NCBI GenBank assembly: GCA_951406725.2
Contig: OX597816.1
Location: 23,870,001-23,934,000, forward strand
Source: Octopus vulgaris
Lineage: Eukaryota
DNA: 64,000 nucleotides
Reading direction: 5' to 3'
Shown in pieces: positions 12,036-25,375 of this stretch; position 1 is the first letter of the stretch, and each line of letters starts with the position of its first letter. The notes under the pieces are model-generated. The model did no database searches. It worked only from the letters and a program-made list of their open reading frames with translations, and was not told where the DNA came from. The position numbers and the translations under genes are program-made.

Positions 12036-12211
12036 ATATATATATATATATGTGAGTGTGTGTGTGTGTTTGTATGTATATATATATATATGTATATGTA
12101 TATATATGATTATATTTCTTTTTATTATGTATCATGTGTGTATGCATCATATATATGTATATGTGTGCATCTATGTGTATGTATAATTGTTTTATAGATA
12201 GACAGATAGAC

Positions 12212-12292
<81 letters not shown>

Positions 12293-12391
12293 AGTGCAAC
12301 AGACGCATGTAAAATCATCGTTCGTACATATTATAGACAAGTTAGGCAGATATATCTGGCAACCTGCCCAGCTGCTGTTTTATACATTAAC

Positions 12392-12454
<63 letters not shown>

Positions 12455-12867
12455 CACACATACAGACTTATCGTGTTGTACTTACTGTTTCCCCCGTTTT
12501 TAGTAGCTTGGTATTGTATTATGTATAATTCCACAATTTGTCAGAAATTTGAATCCTAACTTTTTTACATGTACTTATTCCCTGCAGCAAAAAAGAGAAA
12601 CTATTTAACACTGAAAGTACTTAAACAATACACTACCAAAATAATTCTGCCTAGTATATTGTATTATATCTACCTCGGTAACAATTTGCTATGGCAGTTG
12701 TTTAGACATACGTCAGGTTTGATTAAGCTGATTTGATGAGGTGAAAATAGCAGTCATGGTTGTGTGTTCAAGAGGTGTGATTCACAGCCAGATGTTTCTG
12801 TGTTCGAGCTCAGTGTGTGACATCAATACTATTTCAGTGAAATTTTACTGGACGAAAACTATATTTT

Positions 12868-13105
12868 GATGTTTATTGAGCGAAAACACCTAAAGCTCCA
12901 CGAGGCTCCGGCAGGGGGTGATGGCGATCCATGTTCTACTCTTTCGCCCCAACTTTGTCTCTCTCTCTCTTTCTTCCTGTTTCTTGAGTAACGCTGCGAT
13001 GGACTGGCGTGCCGTCCAGCCGGAGGGAACACAAACGCCACAGAAACCGGGAAACCGGGCCCATGACCCTGGCTAAGTTTGAAAAGGGCGCATAAATTAA
13101 AAAAA
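12868..13105 (+). mobile_element. Family D SINE, headless
   Basis: Homologous to 10355-10580. Confidence 0.8.
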
Positions 13106-13599
13106 TAATAAAAAGACCTCTGATTATAGGTCAGTCTGATGAAAGCTGAGAAGGAACCAAACAACGACGATGTGTGTCTTCTTTCCTCTGTCTTGAAAAA
13201 GTACCTATCTCCGAAACGTTATTTTTCTGAGGCAGGAATATTTTCCATAGAACAAATATATTGGTTTCACACATTCTTTTTTATTTCATCCTTCCAAAAT
13301 ATGTTAGGATATTGCTCTACATAGAAAACAAAATACAAAATCGCGTTGTCTACAAAATATAATACCAAAACAAAAACCTTTAAACTTTTAAAATTAGAGA
13401 GATAAAACAAAACCGCGTGGAAAGGTCAATTATGTCGAAAGTTCTAAAAACTGATATTTTAATACCGAAGTAAAGAAACAATGGCCATTATGATACACAA
13501 CTTGTATGTTCAACTACTGCGCACCCGAAAGCTGGTCGGATCGTGAATGTATATAAAGACGTAATTATTTTCTTCCTGTGAGTTAGGTATGTGTAGATA

Positions 13600-13600
13600 C

Positions 13601-13662
<62 letters not shown>

Positions 13663-14086
13663 ATGTATGTATGTATACATATATGAATGTGTGAGTGTGT
13701 ATGTGAATATATACATTCATACATACATACATACATACATACATACATACATACATACATACATACATACATACATACATACATGCATACATACATACAT
13801 GCATGTATACATACATACAAGACGACGATTCTGCTGCTGCTGAGAATGATGGTGATGATGATGATGATGGTAGTGATGGTGAAGAAGAAGAAGAAGAAGA
13901 AGAAGAAGAAGAAGAAGAAGAAGAAGAAGAAGAAGAAGAAGAAGAAGAAGAAGAAGAAGAAGAAGAAGAAGAAGAAGAAGAAGAAGAAGAAGAAGAAGAA
14001 GAAGAAGAAGAAGAAGAATTATATATTCGAGATATTAGCACATCCAACACTGTATACCCGTATATATAGATTCCTAAAACAATTTC

Positions 14087-14118
<32 letters not shown>

Positions 14119-14286
14119 TACACACACACACACACACACACATACACACACACGAACACACACAAACATGCACAAACATACACACTCCCCCCTCTCTCTC
14201 TCTCTCTTCCCTCACCTCCTCCACCTCTCTTTCTCTCTCTTTCCTCACTCCCTCTACCTCTTTCTCTCCCTCTTTCTCTCTCTCTG

Positions 14287-14322
<36 letters not shown>

Positions 14323-14520
14323 ATACACACAAAGACACACAATCCCTTCCCTCCCTCCCCTCCACCCTCTCTCTCTCTCTCTCTCTTTCCCCACTCCCTC
14401 CATTTCTCTCTCCCTCTGTCTCTCTTTCATACACACACACACACACACACACATACATACACACACACATACACGCACACGCACAAATTCTTTCTTCCTT
14501 TCTCTAATCTCTCCTTCTCT
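13600..14520. repeat. Compound microsatellites (GT)n, (TACA)n, (GAA)n, (CA)n, (CT)n
   Basis: Direct reading. Confidence 0.95.
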
Positions 14521-14939
14521 CACAATTCTTAAATTCTCCACAAAGGTTATTGTTTTTAAACTTTTGAGCAACATTTTTACACCAACCAACAAATTGCTGA
14601 AAATTATGCGAGATCCGAATTCTGAACTTAGATAATTTTTTCCATGAACTTTAACATTAAAACGACACGTTAACTCTTATGTTGCCTTGTTACATAATGT
14701 ATATTAACCCTGATTTAACTAATTATTTTCCATGCAGATGGCGTACCTAGCCAATTACTCTTAGTCATTTTGATATATTGTCTGGCTAACTTGGACTTAT
14801 TACTGTATGCGTATATAGTAATTCTTTTGTATTCGACCTACAAAGGCGGTAAAGTCGATACTTCACAGACTTGGTTTAATACGATCGAAACATGTCGGGA
14901 GTTGTTACAGGATTGGCCAAATATCAGGCAACGTCGACA

Positions 14940-15578
14940 AAGACAGACGAAATACCGCTAAACATTTCGCCCGGCGTGCTAACGTTTCTTATTTCTTTAC
15001 TACCCACAAGGGGCTACACACAGAGGGAACAAACAAGGACAGACAAACGGATTAAGTTGATTATATTGACCCCAGTGCATAACTGGTACTTAATTTTTTG
15101 ACCCCCGAAAGGATGAAAGGCAAAGTCGACCTCGGCAGAATTTGAACTCAGAACGTAACCGCAGACGAAATACCTATTTCTTTACTACCCACAAGGGGCT
15201 ACACACAGAGGGGGCAAACAAGGACAGACAAACGGATTAAGTTGATTACATCGACCCCAGTGCATAACTGGTACTTAATTTATTGACCCCCGAAAGAATG
15301 AAAGGCAAAGTCGACCTCGGCGGAATTTCAACTCAGAACGTAACCGCAGACGAAATACCTATTTCTTTACTACCCACAAGGGGCTAAGCACAGAGAGGAC
15401 AAACAAGGACAGACAAACGGATTAAGTTGATTATATCGCCCCCAGTGCGTAACTGGTACTTATTTAATCGACCCCGAAAGGATGAAAGGCAAAGTCGACC
15501 TCGACGGAATTTGAACTTAGAATGTACTGCTAAGCATTTCACCCGGCGTGCTAACGCTTCTGCCAGCTCACCGCCTTA
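14940..15578 (-). mobile_element. Family B SINE tandem array (3 units of about 185 bp under one head)
   Basis: Repeated TTTCTTTACTACCCACAAGGGG...GAATTTGAACTCAGAACG units; head only at 15530-15578. Confidence 0.9.
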
Positions 15579-15869
15579 TTTTAAGAGACCATTGTGAACT
15601 TTAAGTGATTTCCAACGCATTTCAAAAGCAGCACATGTAATCTCTCTGGCTGGTCCTCTGCCGCTTTCATTTTCTCTTTCTATTCATTTAATCCTCATTT
15701 GGAAGTGACTTATAGCCTAGGAAAGTCATTAGTATAGTGAATTAGTCGAAGGATAGAAAGGCAAAGGCAGTACAGCTGAGAGTTCAGAGCACGTGGATGG
15801 AGTGAAACGAAGATGATCAGAGGCTGATTTCGTAAAACGATCTACTTTCAAAATCAGCAGAATCAATTT

Positions 15870-16600
15870 GGTCTGTAATTAGTTCTACAACTGATATGCT
15901 GCAGATCTTCAATGAATCTTAAGAAATCGGGTATTGAAAATATTGAGGTGTGCAAGTTCTACAAGAAGTCAAGAAGGACGGTGGAGCACGTGATATTTTA
16001 TTGTAGAGTACTTTTCTCAGCCCATACCACACAGTCAAGTACTCAGCCAGCTGACAAGCATTATACGCGAGGCGGCGGCAGCGGTGTAAAGGAGGGGAAG
16101 AGAAGAGAGCACAACAGATGAGAATTATTAAATGTGTTAAAAAAAAACAAAAAGGAGCAAAAGAAGATGCGGGAAGTGTGCGCCCTCCCTTGGTGTCTAT
16201 GGGGTGTTGAAAGAAAAAGCAGATGACTGGGGGGGGGGTGAAAGACAAAAGGTAGAACAGATGATGCCAGCAGAGGTGGTGAACACGACCTTGAGACCTG
16301 ACCTGGTTCTGGTGTCAAGGGCAGTACGTCGTGCAATCATGATGGGTCACAAAGATAGGGGAAGCAAAAAAAGGAGAAAAATATAAAGGTATGCGGTGCT
16401 GAAAGAAGAGAATAAGGGGAGACATAGAAGAAACAAAATTATGGACAGTAGAAGTTGGGCGTAAGAGTAGGGTGTAAGGCCTTTGCTGCTAGGAGATGGA
16501 TTCGCGATTTAGGTATAATTAGACGTAAACTGGAGGGTTGGGTGCGGAGGATTTTCCTGGCAGAAGAGGTTGGTTCGTGTTGGGTGGAGTACGTGTATAT
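15870..16600 (+). mobile_element. Decayed RLE-type (HERO/R2-superclade) LINE C-terminus
   Basis: CCHC-like VCKF...TVEHVIFYC and PAEVVNTTLRPDLVLVS (PD-type endonuclease motif). Confidence 0.7.
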
Positions 16601-16873
16601 AAGTAAGCAGTAATGAAGGAAGTGCTGAGTGGAATATCTCAATGCAATACCAACCAGCCAGACACAACTGCTTGAAATAGCTGAGACATCGATGAGGTCA
16701 AGTGTACTGCTGCTCGTGCTTTGAGACGTATGCATACACACAAACACACACACACACACACACACACACATTCTTTATATTCTCTTTTCTTTTACTTGTT
16801 TTAGTCATCAGACAGCGGCCATGGTGGGGCACTGCTTTGGAGAATTTAGCCGAAAGAATAGACTCCAGTACTC

Positions 16874-16912
<39 letters not shown>

Positions 16913-17059
16913 AAATAGAAAGATGAATTTTCTTGTTACAGATTATTCAAAGGTTTAACCGATACCTGGGTAGCAAAAATCACAGCAGAAAATACACGGT
17001 TGGAGATAAGACCATTTGGTGTTGCAACCGTGCGTTGGTGCGGATAATTGAAGTTTAAT

Positions 17060-17329
17060 ATTATTATTATTGAATGGAAGAAATGGAGTTGAACGAAGAT
17101 TGTACAGAATTCCTTTTATTACATTCTACACATGTTTCAAAGGCCACAAATTTCCAAATTCTGATTAAATAAGGGTACCATATTGTGGCTTTCTCATCAG
17201 GAAAAACAGGAATTCCGTTGACAGAACAAAACAGAACAGAGGCGCAGCAATTCGAACGAGGAGGCTCTTTAAGAGCCCATGGCTGAACTGTACAATCTTC
17301 GTTCAACTCCATTTCTTCCATTCAATAAT

Positions 17330-17333
<4 letters not shown>
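17060..17333. mobile_element. Mini element with 37-bp perfect inverted termini in (TTA)n/(TAA)n, containing a hammerhead
   Basis: TGAATGGAAGAAATGGAGTTGAACGAAGATTGTACAG and its exact reverse complement ending at about 17324. Confidence 0.75.
17124..17203 (-). ncRNA. Type I hammerhead ribozyme motif
   Basis: ttc-CTGATGA-gaaaGCCACAA...TTGTGGCcttt-GAAACATGTGTA-gaa. Confidence 0.75.
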
Positions 17334-17415
<82 letters not shown>

Positions 17416-17862
17416 AGGTTATAAGAGGTAATGGTGTCATTGAGACCCAAAGGTGTCAGGTAATGCTGAATAAATGCTATAGACAGACCATAGTTAAGTT
17501 CCAGGTTCGGTAATTTTGCGAACTTTTTATTTAAAGTCACTTTAAATAAAAACCTTTGACTCTACAACACTGTATATAAATTCTGTACTTGATATGACCA
17601 AGTTTAAATAGTGCTGGATCTCACTCATAAGGTATTGGAATCTTACATTGTGTATAAACTCTATATTTGGAAGGACCCATTTTAAATTCTGTTGGACTTT
17701 ATTCATAAGGTACTGGAATCCTACATATATATCATTCTACCTAAGAAATGGATCTACAACTTCAATATCCCTACATATCTTACATCTATTTTCTTTCCTC
17801 CACCTCACTCTCCATTTTGTATCCCATCTAAATCAATGATTACTTAACCATCCTCTCACACC

Positions 17863-17914
17863 GTCTCCGATGAAGTGATATAATTAATAAATATCCTTGA
17901 AACAGCTGTAAGAC
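17863..17914 (+). ncRNA. Type I hammerhead variant (CCGAUGA core)
   Basis: gtct-CCGATGA-agtGATAT...ATATCctt-GAAACAGCTGTA-agac. Confidence 0.65.
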
Positions 17915-17998
17915 CTTCTGTCTATAAATGTTCTAATATCTACACAGCCTTGGTTTTTTTTATCTCATTACGCAAAAAATTCTTAAATATATATATTT

Positions 17999-18199
17999 GG
18001 GGAAGGCCAGTTTATGGGATTATCTTAGGTTTCCTCTCCATAAAGTGTTGAACTTTATGGCGTATCATCAGATCTCAAAAACCTGTTGGGTTTTGAAGAG
18101 GTCATGGGCCAACAATTTTTTGAGATCTGACGATACGCCATAAAGCTGATATCTTTATGGACGGGAAACCTAAGGTTATCCCGTAAACCTGCCTTCCCC
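17999..18199. mobile_element. Foldback MITE (about 90-bp imperfect arms)
   Basis: GGGGAAGGC...CTTTATGGCGTATCATCAGATCTCAAAAA versus TTTTTGAGATCTGACGATACGCCATAAAG...GCCTTCCCC. Confidence 0.85.
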
Positions 18200-18359
18200 G
18201 TTTTTAATATATTAATGCTCTAGATCTTAGAGTGTACTTCTTCCCCGGGTTTATGTTTTCTACAAACGATATACATACATAATGGCAAACGCCCCCCCCC
18301 GTGCATTGGGCAGTGTAAGTTTGTGACAGGATTGGAGTAATTTCGCTTCTTTCTATATT

Positions 18360-18760
18360 CTTTACTCGTTTACTTGTTTCAGTCATTTGACTGCGGCCAT
18401 GCTGTAGCACCGCCTTTAATCGAGCAACTCGACCCCGGGACTTATTCTTTTGTAAGCCCAGTACTTATTCTATCGGTCTCTTTTGCCGAACCGCTAGGTA
18501 ACGGGGACATAAACACACCAGCATCGGTTGTCATGCAATGCTAGGGGGACAAACACAGACACACAAACACACACACGCATATATATACATATATACGACG
18601 GGCTTCTTTCAGTTTCCGTCTACCAAATCCACTCACAAGGCTTTGGTTGGCCCGAGGCTATAGTTGAAGACACTTGCCCAAGGTGCCACGCAGTGGGACT
18701 AAACCCGGGACCATGTGGTTGGTAAGCAAGCTACTTACCACTCAGCCACTCCTGCGCCTA
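18360..18760 (-). mobile_element. Family A SINE, full length
   Basis: Head AGGCGCAGGAGTGGCTG to tail GACTGAAACAAGTAAA. Confidence 0.9.
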
Positions 18761-19104
18761 GAATTCAGAATTATTTGACGTAGTCGAGACGTTAAATCAA
18801 AAATGAGCTGGTATTCAAAAAGGAACATATTTTATTTGCAGATATCAGGCATTAAAATGTGAAGATACGGAAACTTATTGTTCGGAATTCTGTTTAATTG
18901 ACTGGATGACTGAAGAATCGATACAAAAAGCATATACGATATTTCTATGAACATGAAGGCAATCTGTAAAAACTATGTTTAATTGCAATATGAAATTACC
19001 TGAGGTTTCTGGGAAGCTGTGGATTAAAATGGGAAAATGCTTGACTTTAATAACGGGCATTTGTTGGAAGATTAACATGACCTATTGTGAAGAGTAAATA
19101 GCTT

Positions 19105-19196
19105 GCCTCATTTACAAGTCCCTGCAGCTCGAAGACCATCCCGATTCTAAACACTTTCTTCGGAATATAAGAGCCTACAATTCCGCTTTCCAAATT
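19105..19196 (+). mobile_element. Helitron Rep N-terminal fragment
   Basis: Translates EDHPDSKHFLRNIRAYNSAFQI, matching the Helitron FxxNIRxYNSAF motif. Confidence 0.7.
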
Positions 19197-19459
19197 AAAG
19201 AATAAACAATGGGCAGGTACGTGTCAAATTAAGTGAGTCACGCAAAAGTAGAAAAATACTGCTCATTTTTTTGTTTTACATAAGAAACTGTTAGCTAAAA
19301 TTTTAGATATTTGTCACCCAAATTTCCACATTCAATTACCAATCAATATGTCGTTTTCTACTATCCATTGAATTTTGTTGAGAGAAAATATTCACACAGT
19401 TGATTAATCGCCAATTAGTGCCATTTATTCGTTAAAGTTAATATTTTATTTCATTTTTA

Positions 19460-19857
19460 CTTTTTTTTTTTTACTTGATTCAATCATTTTGACTGCGGCC
19501 ATGCTGGAGCACCACCTTTAAACGAGCAACTCGACCCCGGGACTTATTCTTTGTAAGCCCAGTACTTATTCTATCGGTCTCTTTTGCCGAACCGCTAAGT
19601 GACAGGGACATAAACACACCAGCGTTGGTTGTCAAGCAATGCTAGGGGGACAAACACAGACACACAAACACACACGTACATACATATATATACATATATA
19701 CGACGGGCTTCGTTCAGTTTCCGCCTACCAAATCCACTCACAAGGCTTTGGTCGGCCCGAGGCTATAGTAGAAGACACTTGCCCAAGGTGCCACGCAGTG
19801 GGACTGAACCCGGAACCATGTGGTTGGTAAACAAGCTACTTACCACACCGCCACTCT
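19460..19857 (-). mobile_element. Family A SINE
   Basis: As 18360-18760. Confidence 0.9.
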
Positions 19858-20021
19858 TGTCTTCTTATTCTTTTGTGTCAGCGTATTTATTAAACACAGA
19901 ATGATATGCCTGGATGCACGTGTTCGAGTACAGTTCGATTTTTACTGCAATGACAAATGTTCTTTCATGAAATTGCTTTGGAAGCTTAATGTAATTAATA
20001 CGCTGATGCTGGTTGGACGAA

Positions 20022-20254
20022 CATAGCGGCTGTTCGTACGTGATTTACGGAATGATAGCCAATAGGCTATCCAGATTTTGATAAAAAAAAAAGGGGACAA
20101 ATCTCACTTTGAAACTAACGATTATGTTATGACATTTAGCTGGTATACTTACTGTGACGTCTTTTACCTATGTGTAAAATTTCGGCACAATCAGTTGAAA
20201 AATACGGCCTTTACAATCTTTTACACACATACACATACAGACAGACAGAACGAG

Positions 20255-20294
<40 letters not shown>

Positions 20295-20295
20295 A
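20022..20295 (-). mobile_element. Possible non-autonomous Helitron
   Basis: Minus-strand TCTTTATATAT start, a short subterminal hairpin and a degenerate CTAG end. Confidence 0.35.
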
Positions 20296-20682
20296 TATAT
20301 ATATATATATTACCCCTCTGCGAGGTTATTTTATTTTAATTCTCTCGTAGGAAGGCTTAGCATGACCAGAGTGTCCTGCCTTGCCTTCGAAACACGCTAT
20401 GTCTGCTAGTGACAGCTGATGAAGGGGATTTTTCCTTGTGTAGCATGTCCTGTACTTCGTTTTTCTGCTGTACATAATTGTTTTTCCCGTTTTCGTTTCG
20501 TCTTGTTCCACGTCTCTGTCCTTCTGTTGTAACAAAATGGCTTTTCCGTTTTCGTTTCTGTTGATTTTTACGTCCTTTTGTGGTGTCCTGTACGTATATA
20601 TATTTATATATGCATGTATATATACATGTAGATGTCGGTACGTACATATATGTTTGTATGTATGCATATATTTTATTTATTA

Positions 20683-20731
<49 letters not shown>

Positions 20732-20736
<5 letters not shown>

Positions 20737-21045
20737 AGGCGTGACTGTGTGGTAAGAAGTGTGCTACCCAGCAGCATGGTTCCGGGTTCAGTCCCACTGC
20801 GTGGCACCTTGGGCAACTGTCTTCTACGGTAGATTGGAGCCAACGAAAGCATTGTGGGTGGATTTGGTAGACAGAAACTGGAAAAAAACCAGCGTATACA
20901 CGTGTGTGTGTGTGTGTGTGTGCTTGTCCCCACCATTGCTTGACAAGTACTAGGCTTACAAAGAATAAGTCCTGGGGTCGATTTGTTCGACTAAAGGCGG
21001 TGCTCCAGCATGGCCGCAGTCAAATGACTGAAACAAATAAAGGAA
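20732..21045 (+). mobile_element. Family A SINE with internal deletion
   Basis: Head and tail present; ...TTGACAAGTACTAGG junction. Confidence 0.85.
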
Positions 21046-21051
21046 TATATA

Positions 21052-21082
<31 letters not shown>

Positions 21083-21144
21083 ATGTGTGTATATATATGT
21101 ATATTTGTATGTGTGTATATATATATATATACATATATATATAT

Positions 21145-21198
<54 letters not shown>

Positions 21199-21616
21199 GC
21201 GAAATGAGGTGAATGACACAAGTATTAGGTATATGATAAAGCAGATAGTTTATAAAAGTTAAACAATATATACAAAAGAAAAGCGCGCGCGCGCACACGC
21301 ATTCACACACACACACACACACACAAATAGTGTATTGCAGCAGAATGTTTGCATTGTTACTTTCTGCTGATAAAAAATAAAATATATAGCTGTGTGTGTG
21401 CGCCTGTGTGTGCCTGTCTATGTGTGTCTGTGCCTGTGTATGTGTGTGTATACAAACACACACACACACACAACTGTATACACACACACGCATTCATATA
21501 TACATATAAACATAAGTACTTACGTAGATACATGCATACGTACGTACTTAGGTACATACGTGCATGCATTCAAGCGGGCATACATACATATACATGGCTC
21601 ACAGAAATGCACGTAA

Positions 21617-21740
<124 letters not shown>

Positions 21741-22062
21741 CGTGCGCACACATGTAGACCTATAAGCAAAACGAAATTGCAAGAGCAAATAAATAGATAC
21801 CATGTGCTCTGGGTTCACTCAACTGAATCAGATAAGGAGCTCCTCTTATCTCTATTTATAGTCTCACGCTGTTAACGAGAAAGATACCTGCTAAGGCGAG
21901 AAAAAGGTTTGCAGCCGCGAATAGTGTGAGGAAGGGGGTCACGTGTTCGAATACGAGGAGGGAGGGGATGCTTTGCAGGTGACGTTTTGGGGGTAGGAAA
22001 GATGCTGCCATTTCTACAGATTTTTTTTTTTTTTGTTCCTTCAGTGAGGTTTCGTTATTGCG

Positions 22063-22800
22063 AGAGCTGGTAAGAATCTTTAGCACGCCGAACAATACGC
22101 TTAGGGGCATTTCGTCCGTCTTTATGTTCTGAGCTCTAATTCCGCCGAGCTTGATTTTTTTTTTGCCTTTCATCCTTTCAGGCTTGACAAAATAAGTACC
22201 AGTTGAGTACTGAGAGTTGATGTAATCGACTACAGTAACCCCTCACCATATCGCGGTTCACCTTTCAGGCACTCAGTACATCGCGGTTCACCTATCGCGC
22301 ACTCGGTACATCGCGGTTCACCTATTGCGCACTCAGTACATCGCAGTTCACCTATCGCGCACTCAGTACACCGCGGTTCACCCATCACGCACTCAGTACA
22401 CCGCGGTTCACCCATCGCGCACTCAGCACATCGAAGTTCACCTACCGCGCACTCAGTACATTCGTGGTTTACCTATCGGGCACTCAGTACATCGCGGTTC
22501 ACCTATCGGGCACTCTGTACATCGCTGTTCACCTATGGGGCACTCTGTACATCACGGTTCATCTATCGGACACTCAGTACATGGCGGATTTTTCTGGCTA
22601 ATATATCTAATTTTATATCACGGACTCCTCAGTATATCGCGGGTCTCTACGGCTGATAGGCATTTATATTTTTTTTTAGATTTTAATTATTTCTGTGGAG
22701 GGGTTTGGAACGTAACACCCGCGATAGTCGAAGGATTACTGGACCCTCTTTACCTATAACTTCAGGCTTTGCGCCAATAGTGGAAAGGATTATTATTATT
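22063..22800 (+). mobile_element. Family B SINE split by a MITE
   Basis: SINE runs to TGTAATCGAC|TA and resumes after 22742 with the TTCAGGCTTTGCGCC tail. Confidence 0.75.
22233..22741. mobile_element. pogo/Tigger-type MITE with an internal 30-bp tandem array
   Basis: TA|CAGTAACCCCTCACCATATCGCGG ... CCGCGATAGTCGAAGGATTACTG; unit ATCGCGGTTCACCTATCGCGCACTCAGTAC, about 11 copies at 22250-22590. Confidence 0.85.
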
Positions 22801-23050
22801 GGACGTCCTTCATGCGACACGTCTTTACGCAGCTCATCTCAGTGATGGAGCTGCAGTCATGGGTCAAATATAGGCCAAGATTGAGCGTTCGGAATCTAGA
22901 ATTTGCCAGGCGCTCACTGCTTTGTACCAGCTGCAGAAAACCGTTTGCGGGAAAACCACCCATAATTTATATAGGGTGCAGTTGAGGGTATGAGCGACGA
23001 TGGTCGAGGATTGACTCTGGACATCGATGAGAACAGTCCGAGTGTTTACC
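22801..23050 (+). mobile_element. Old Tx1-like LINE fragment
   Basis: FMRHVFTQLISVMELQSWVKYRP aligns with FVRHAFPQLVSMTELQSWIKKRP of the 54248 ORF. Confidence 0.75.
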
Positions 23051-23282
23051 TATAGAAGAAAATTTACCTGTAGAAGAAAAATAATCCGAAATTTTCGATA
23101 TTGTTAGACCAACACAACGATTGTTTTACCTGTTCTTGCCTAAATTTTGAAGTTGCCCGTATTATATTTCCTGAGCAGAATTAATTACTGGTTTCAAATT
23201 TTGGCACAAGGCCTGAAATTTTGAGGGGTTAGAGAAGTTAATCACATCGTCCTTAGTCCTCAACTTCTTCTTATTCTATCAA

Positions 23283-24357
23283 TATCCATCCAGATATTGT
23301 ACGATGTGTTGGTGCCTTCCTCTCAGATCGCTCCTTCCAAGTCCAAGTTAATGGTTCGCGGTCCGACGTCTCCAGTGCGAGCAGTGGCGTGCCTCAAGGT
23401 TCAGTGCTTGGGCCCTTATTGTTCTTAGTCTTCATAAATGACTTGCCCGACGACCTCACGCAACACACCCTTCTATTTGCCGACGATGTCAAACTGGTCG
23501 CTCCTCGCGGTGATATAGAGGATCTTCGTCGATGCCTCCACCAAATTTGGAGGTGGTCTAATGAATGGGACCTGTGTCTGAACGTGTCAAAGTGCTGTCA
23601 TCTGCCTGTCAGCTCTACTCCTGCAACTCAACTTGATTTCGAGCCGGGTCGTCTGCTGCTGGAGAGGACCGATCAGGTAAAGGACCTGGGTATCTTGGTG
23701 GATTCCTCCTTTTCGCCTTCGGCCCAGTGCGTCCATGCTGCCAACAAAGCACGCGGAATTCTGTTCTTGATTCGACGGTCATTCGGAATGCTCACAGCAG
23801 CCATATTCCTACCGCTCTATGTCACGCTGGTGAGACCCATATTGGAGTACGGGATTCAAGCCTCTTCTCCTTATCTCCTCAAAGACATATAGCATCTCGA
23901 AAGAGTCCAGAAGCTGGCTAACCGCATGGTTCATGGTCTCAAGAATTTGTCTTATGAAGAAAGGCTGAAGACGCTCGACCATTATTCTCTAGAAAAACGC
24001 CGCCGCCGTGGTGATCTCATTCTCGCTCACAACATCATAAGCGGAAAGTGTAACCTCTCGAAAGAGCTGTTCTTCACTCCTGCTCCAGAGCGTCGGCTGC
24101 GGGGTCATTCCGAAAAGCTCTACCTGCGACGATTTCATCTCAATCGAAGGAGAGGAGCTTTCTCCGTCCGGGTTGCGGATCCGTGGAACAAGCTGGCAGA
24201 CGAGATGGTGAAGATGCCGACGACCGCTTTGTTCAAAGTCTCCCTTGACCTCAAGCGGCCTGAACTCTTTACATGAACACCACCCTGTACTTAACTCCAT
24301 GTCCCCCTACATGGCCTTGCTTTTTGCTTTTGAGCCAAAAAATTAACTAACAAACTA
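23283..24357 (+). mobile_element. 5'-truncated CR1/L2-group LINE (RT pseudogene), inserted in a family B SINE
   Basis: GVPQGSVLGPLLFLVFINDLP...LLFADDVKL; single in-frame TAG at 23890-23892, frame continues to 24276; 3'UTR with AACT-type tail. Confidence 0.93.
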
Positions 24358-24779
24358 GATACCTGAAAAAGACGAAAGGCAAAGTTGACCTCGGCGGAAT
24401 TTAAACTCAGAACGTAAAAAGCGGAATAAATGTCGCTAAACATTTTGCCCGGAGTGCTAACGATGCTACCAGCTTGCCACCTTCAGCAGAATTAATTATG
24501 AAGCTATTTTTACCTTGTCCTCACTTTGGGTATAATCTATCTTAATCACTAGGAATCAGCACAAACGGTGTATTCAAGTGGGACGGAAGCCTAGAGTACC
24601 CGAGCCTAAACACTCGAAAGAACAATAGAAAAAATATCCACCAGTACTGGTGGAGATAAATGACACTTTGTATTGTAGTGGAATATCAGGAAGATAAACC
24701 ATGCTGTACAATATACGCGATGCTCCATAACTTTCTTTGAAAAGCATATTTTTTAATGAAATTTCACAGAGGTACAGTA

Positions 24780-25375
24780 TGGCTATAAGGTAAGAAGCTT
24801 GTTTCCCAACCACATCTTTCGGGGTTCAGTCCCACTGCGTTGTACCTCGGACAAGTGTCTTCTACTAAAGCTTCGAGCCGATCAAAGCCTTGTGAGTGGA
24901 TTTGATGATAGAGAGAAACTGAAAGAAGCCCATCGTGTGTGTGTGTGTTTGTGAGTTTATCCACCACCACCGCTTGACAATCGAGCCGGCAGAAACGTTA
25001 GCGCGCCATGCGAAATGCTTAGCGGTATTTCGTCTGTCGCAACGTTCTGAGTTCAAATTCCGCCGAGGTCGACTTTGCCTTTCATCCTTTCGGGGTCGAT
25101 AAATAAAGTACCAGTTGCACACTGGGGTCGATGTAATCGACTTAATACCTATGTCTGTCCTTGTTTGTCCCCTCTATGTTTAGCCCCTTGTGGGTAATAA
25201 AGAAATAGGTATTGGTGTGTTGACATCCCTGTAACTTAGCGGTTCGGCCAAAGAGACCGATAGAATAAGTGCTAGGCTTAAAAAAAAGAAAAATCCTAGA
25301 GTCGATTTGTTCGACTCAAAAGCCTTCAATGTGGTGCTCCAGCATGGTCGCAAGTGACTGAAACAAGTATAGTAT
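24780..25375 (+). mobile_element. Family A SINE with a nested family B SINE (24983-25210)
   Basis: Family A sequence is interrupted after CTTGACAA and resumes at TTGGTGTGTT. Confidence 0.85.

Noticed and set aside
13803-14069. Acidic poly-Glu protein exon
   Set aside because: (GAT)n/(GAA)n microsatellite with no splice or domain support
22250-22590. CRISPR-like array or repeat protein (GEPRCTECAI)
   Set aside because: Contiguous 30-bp units without unique spacers, inside a MITE, in eukaryotic DNA
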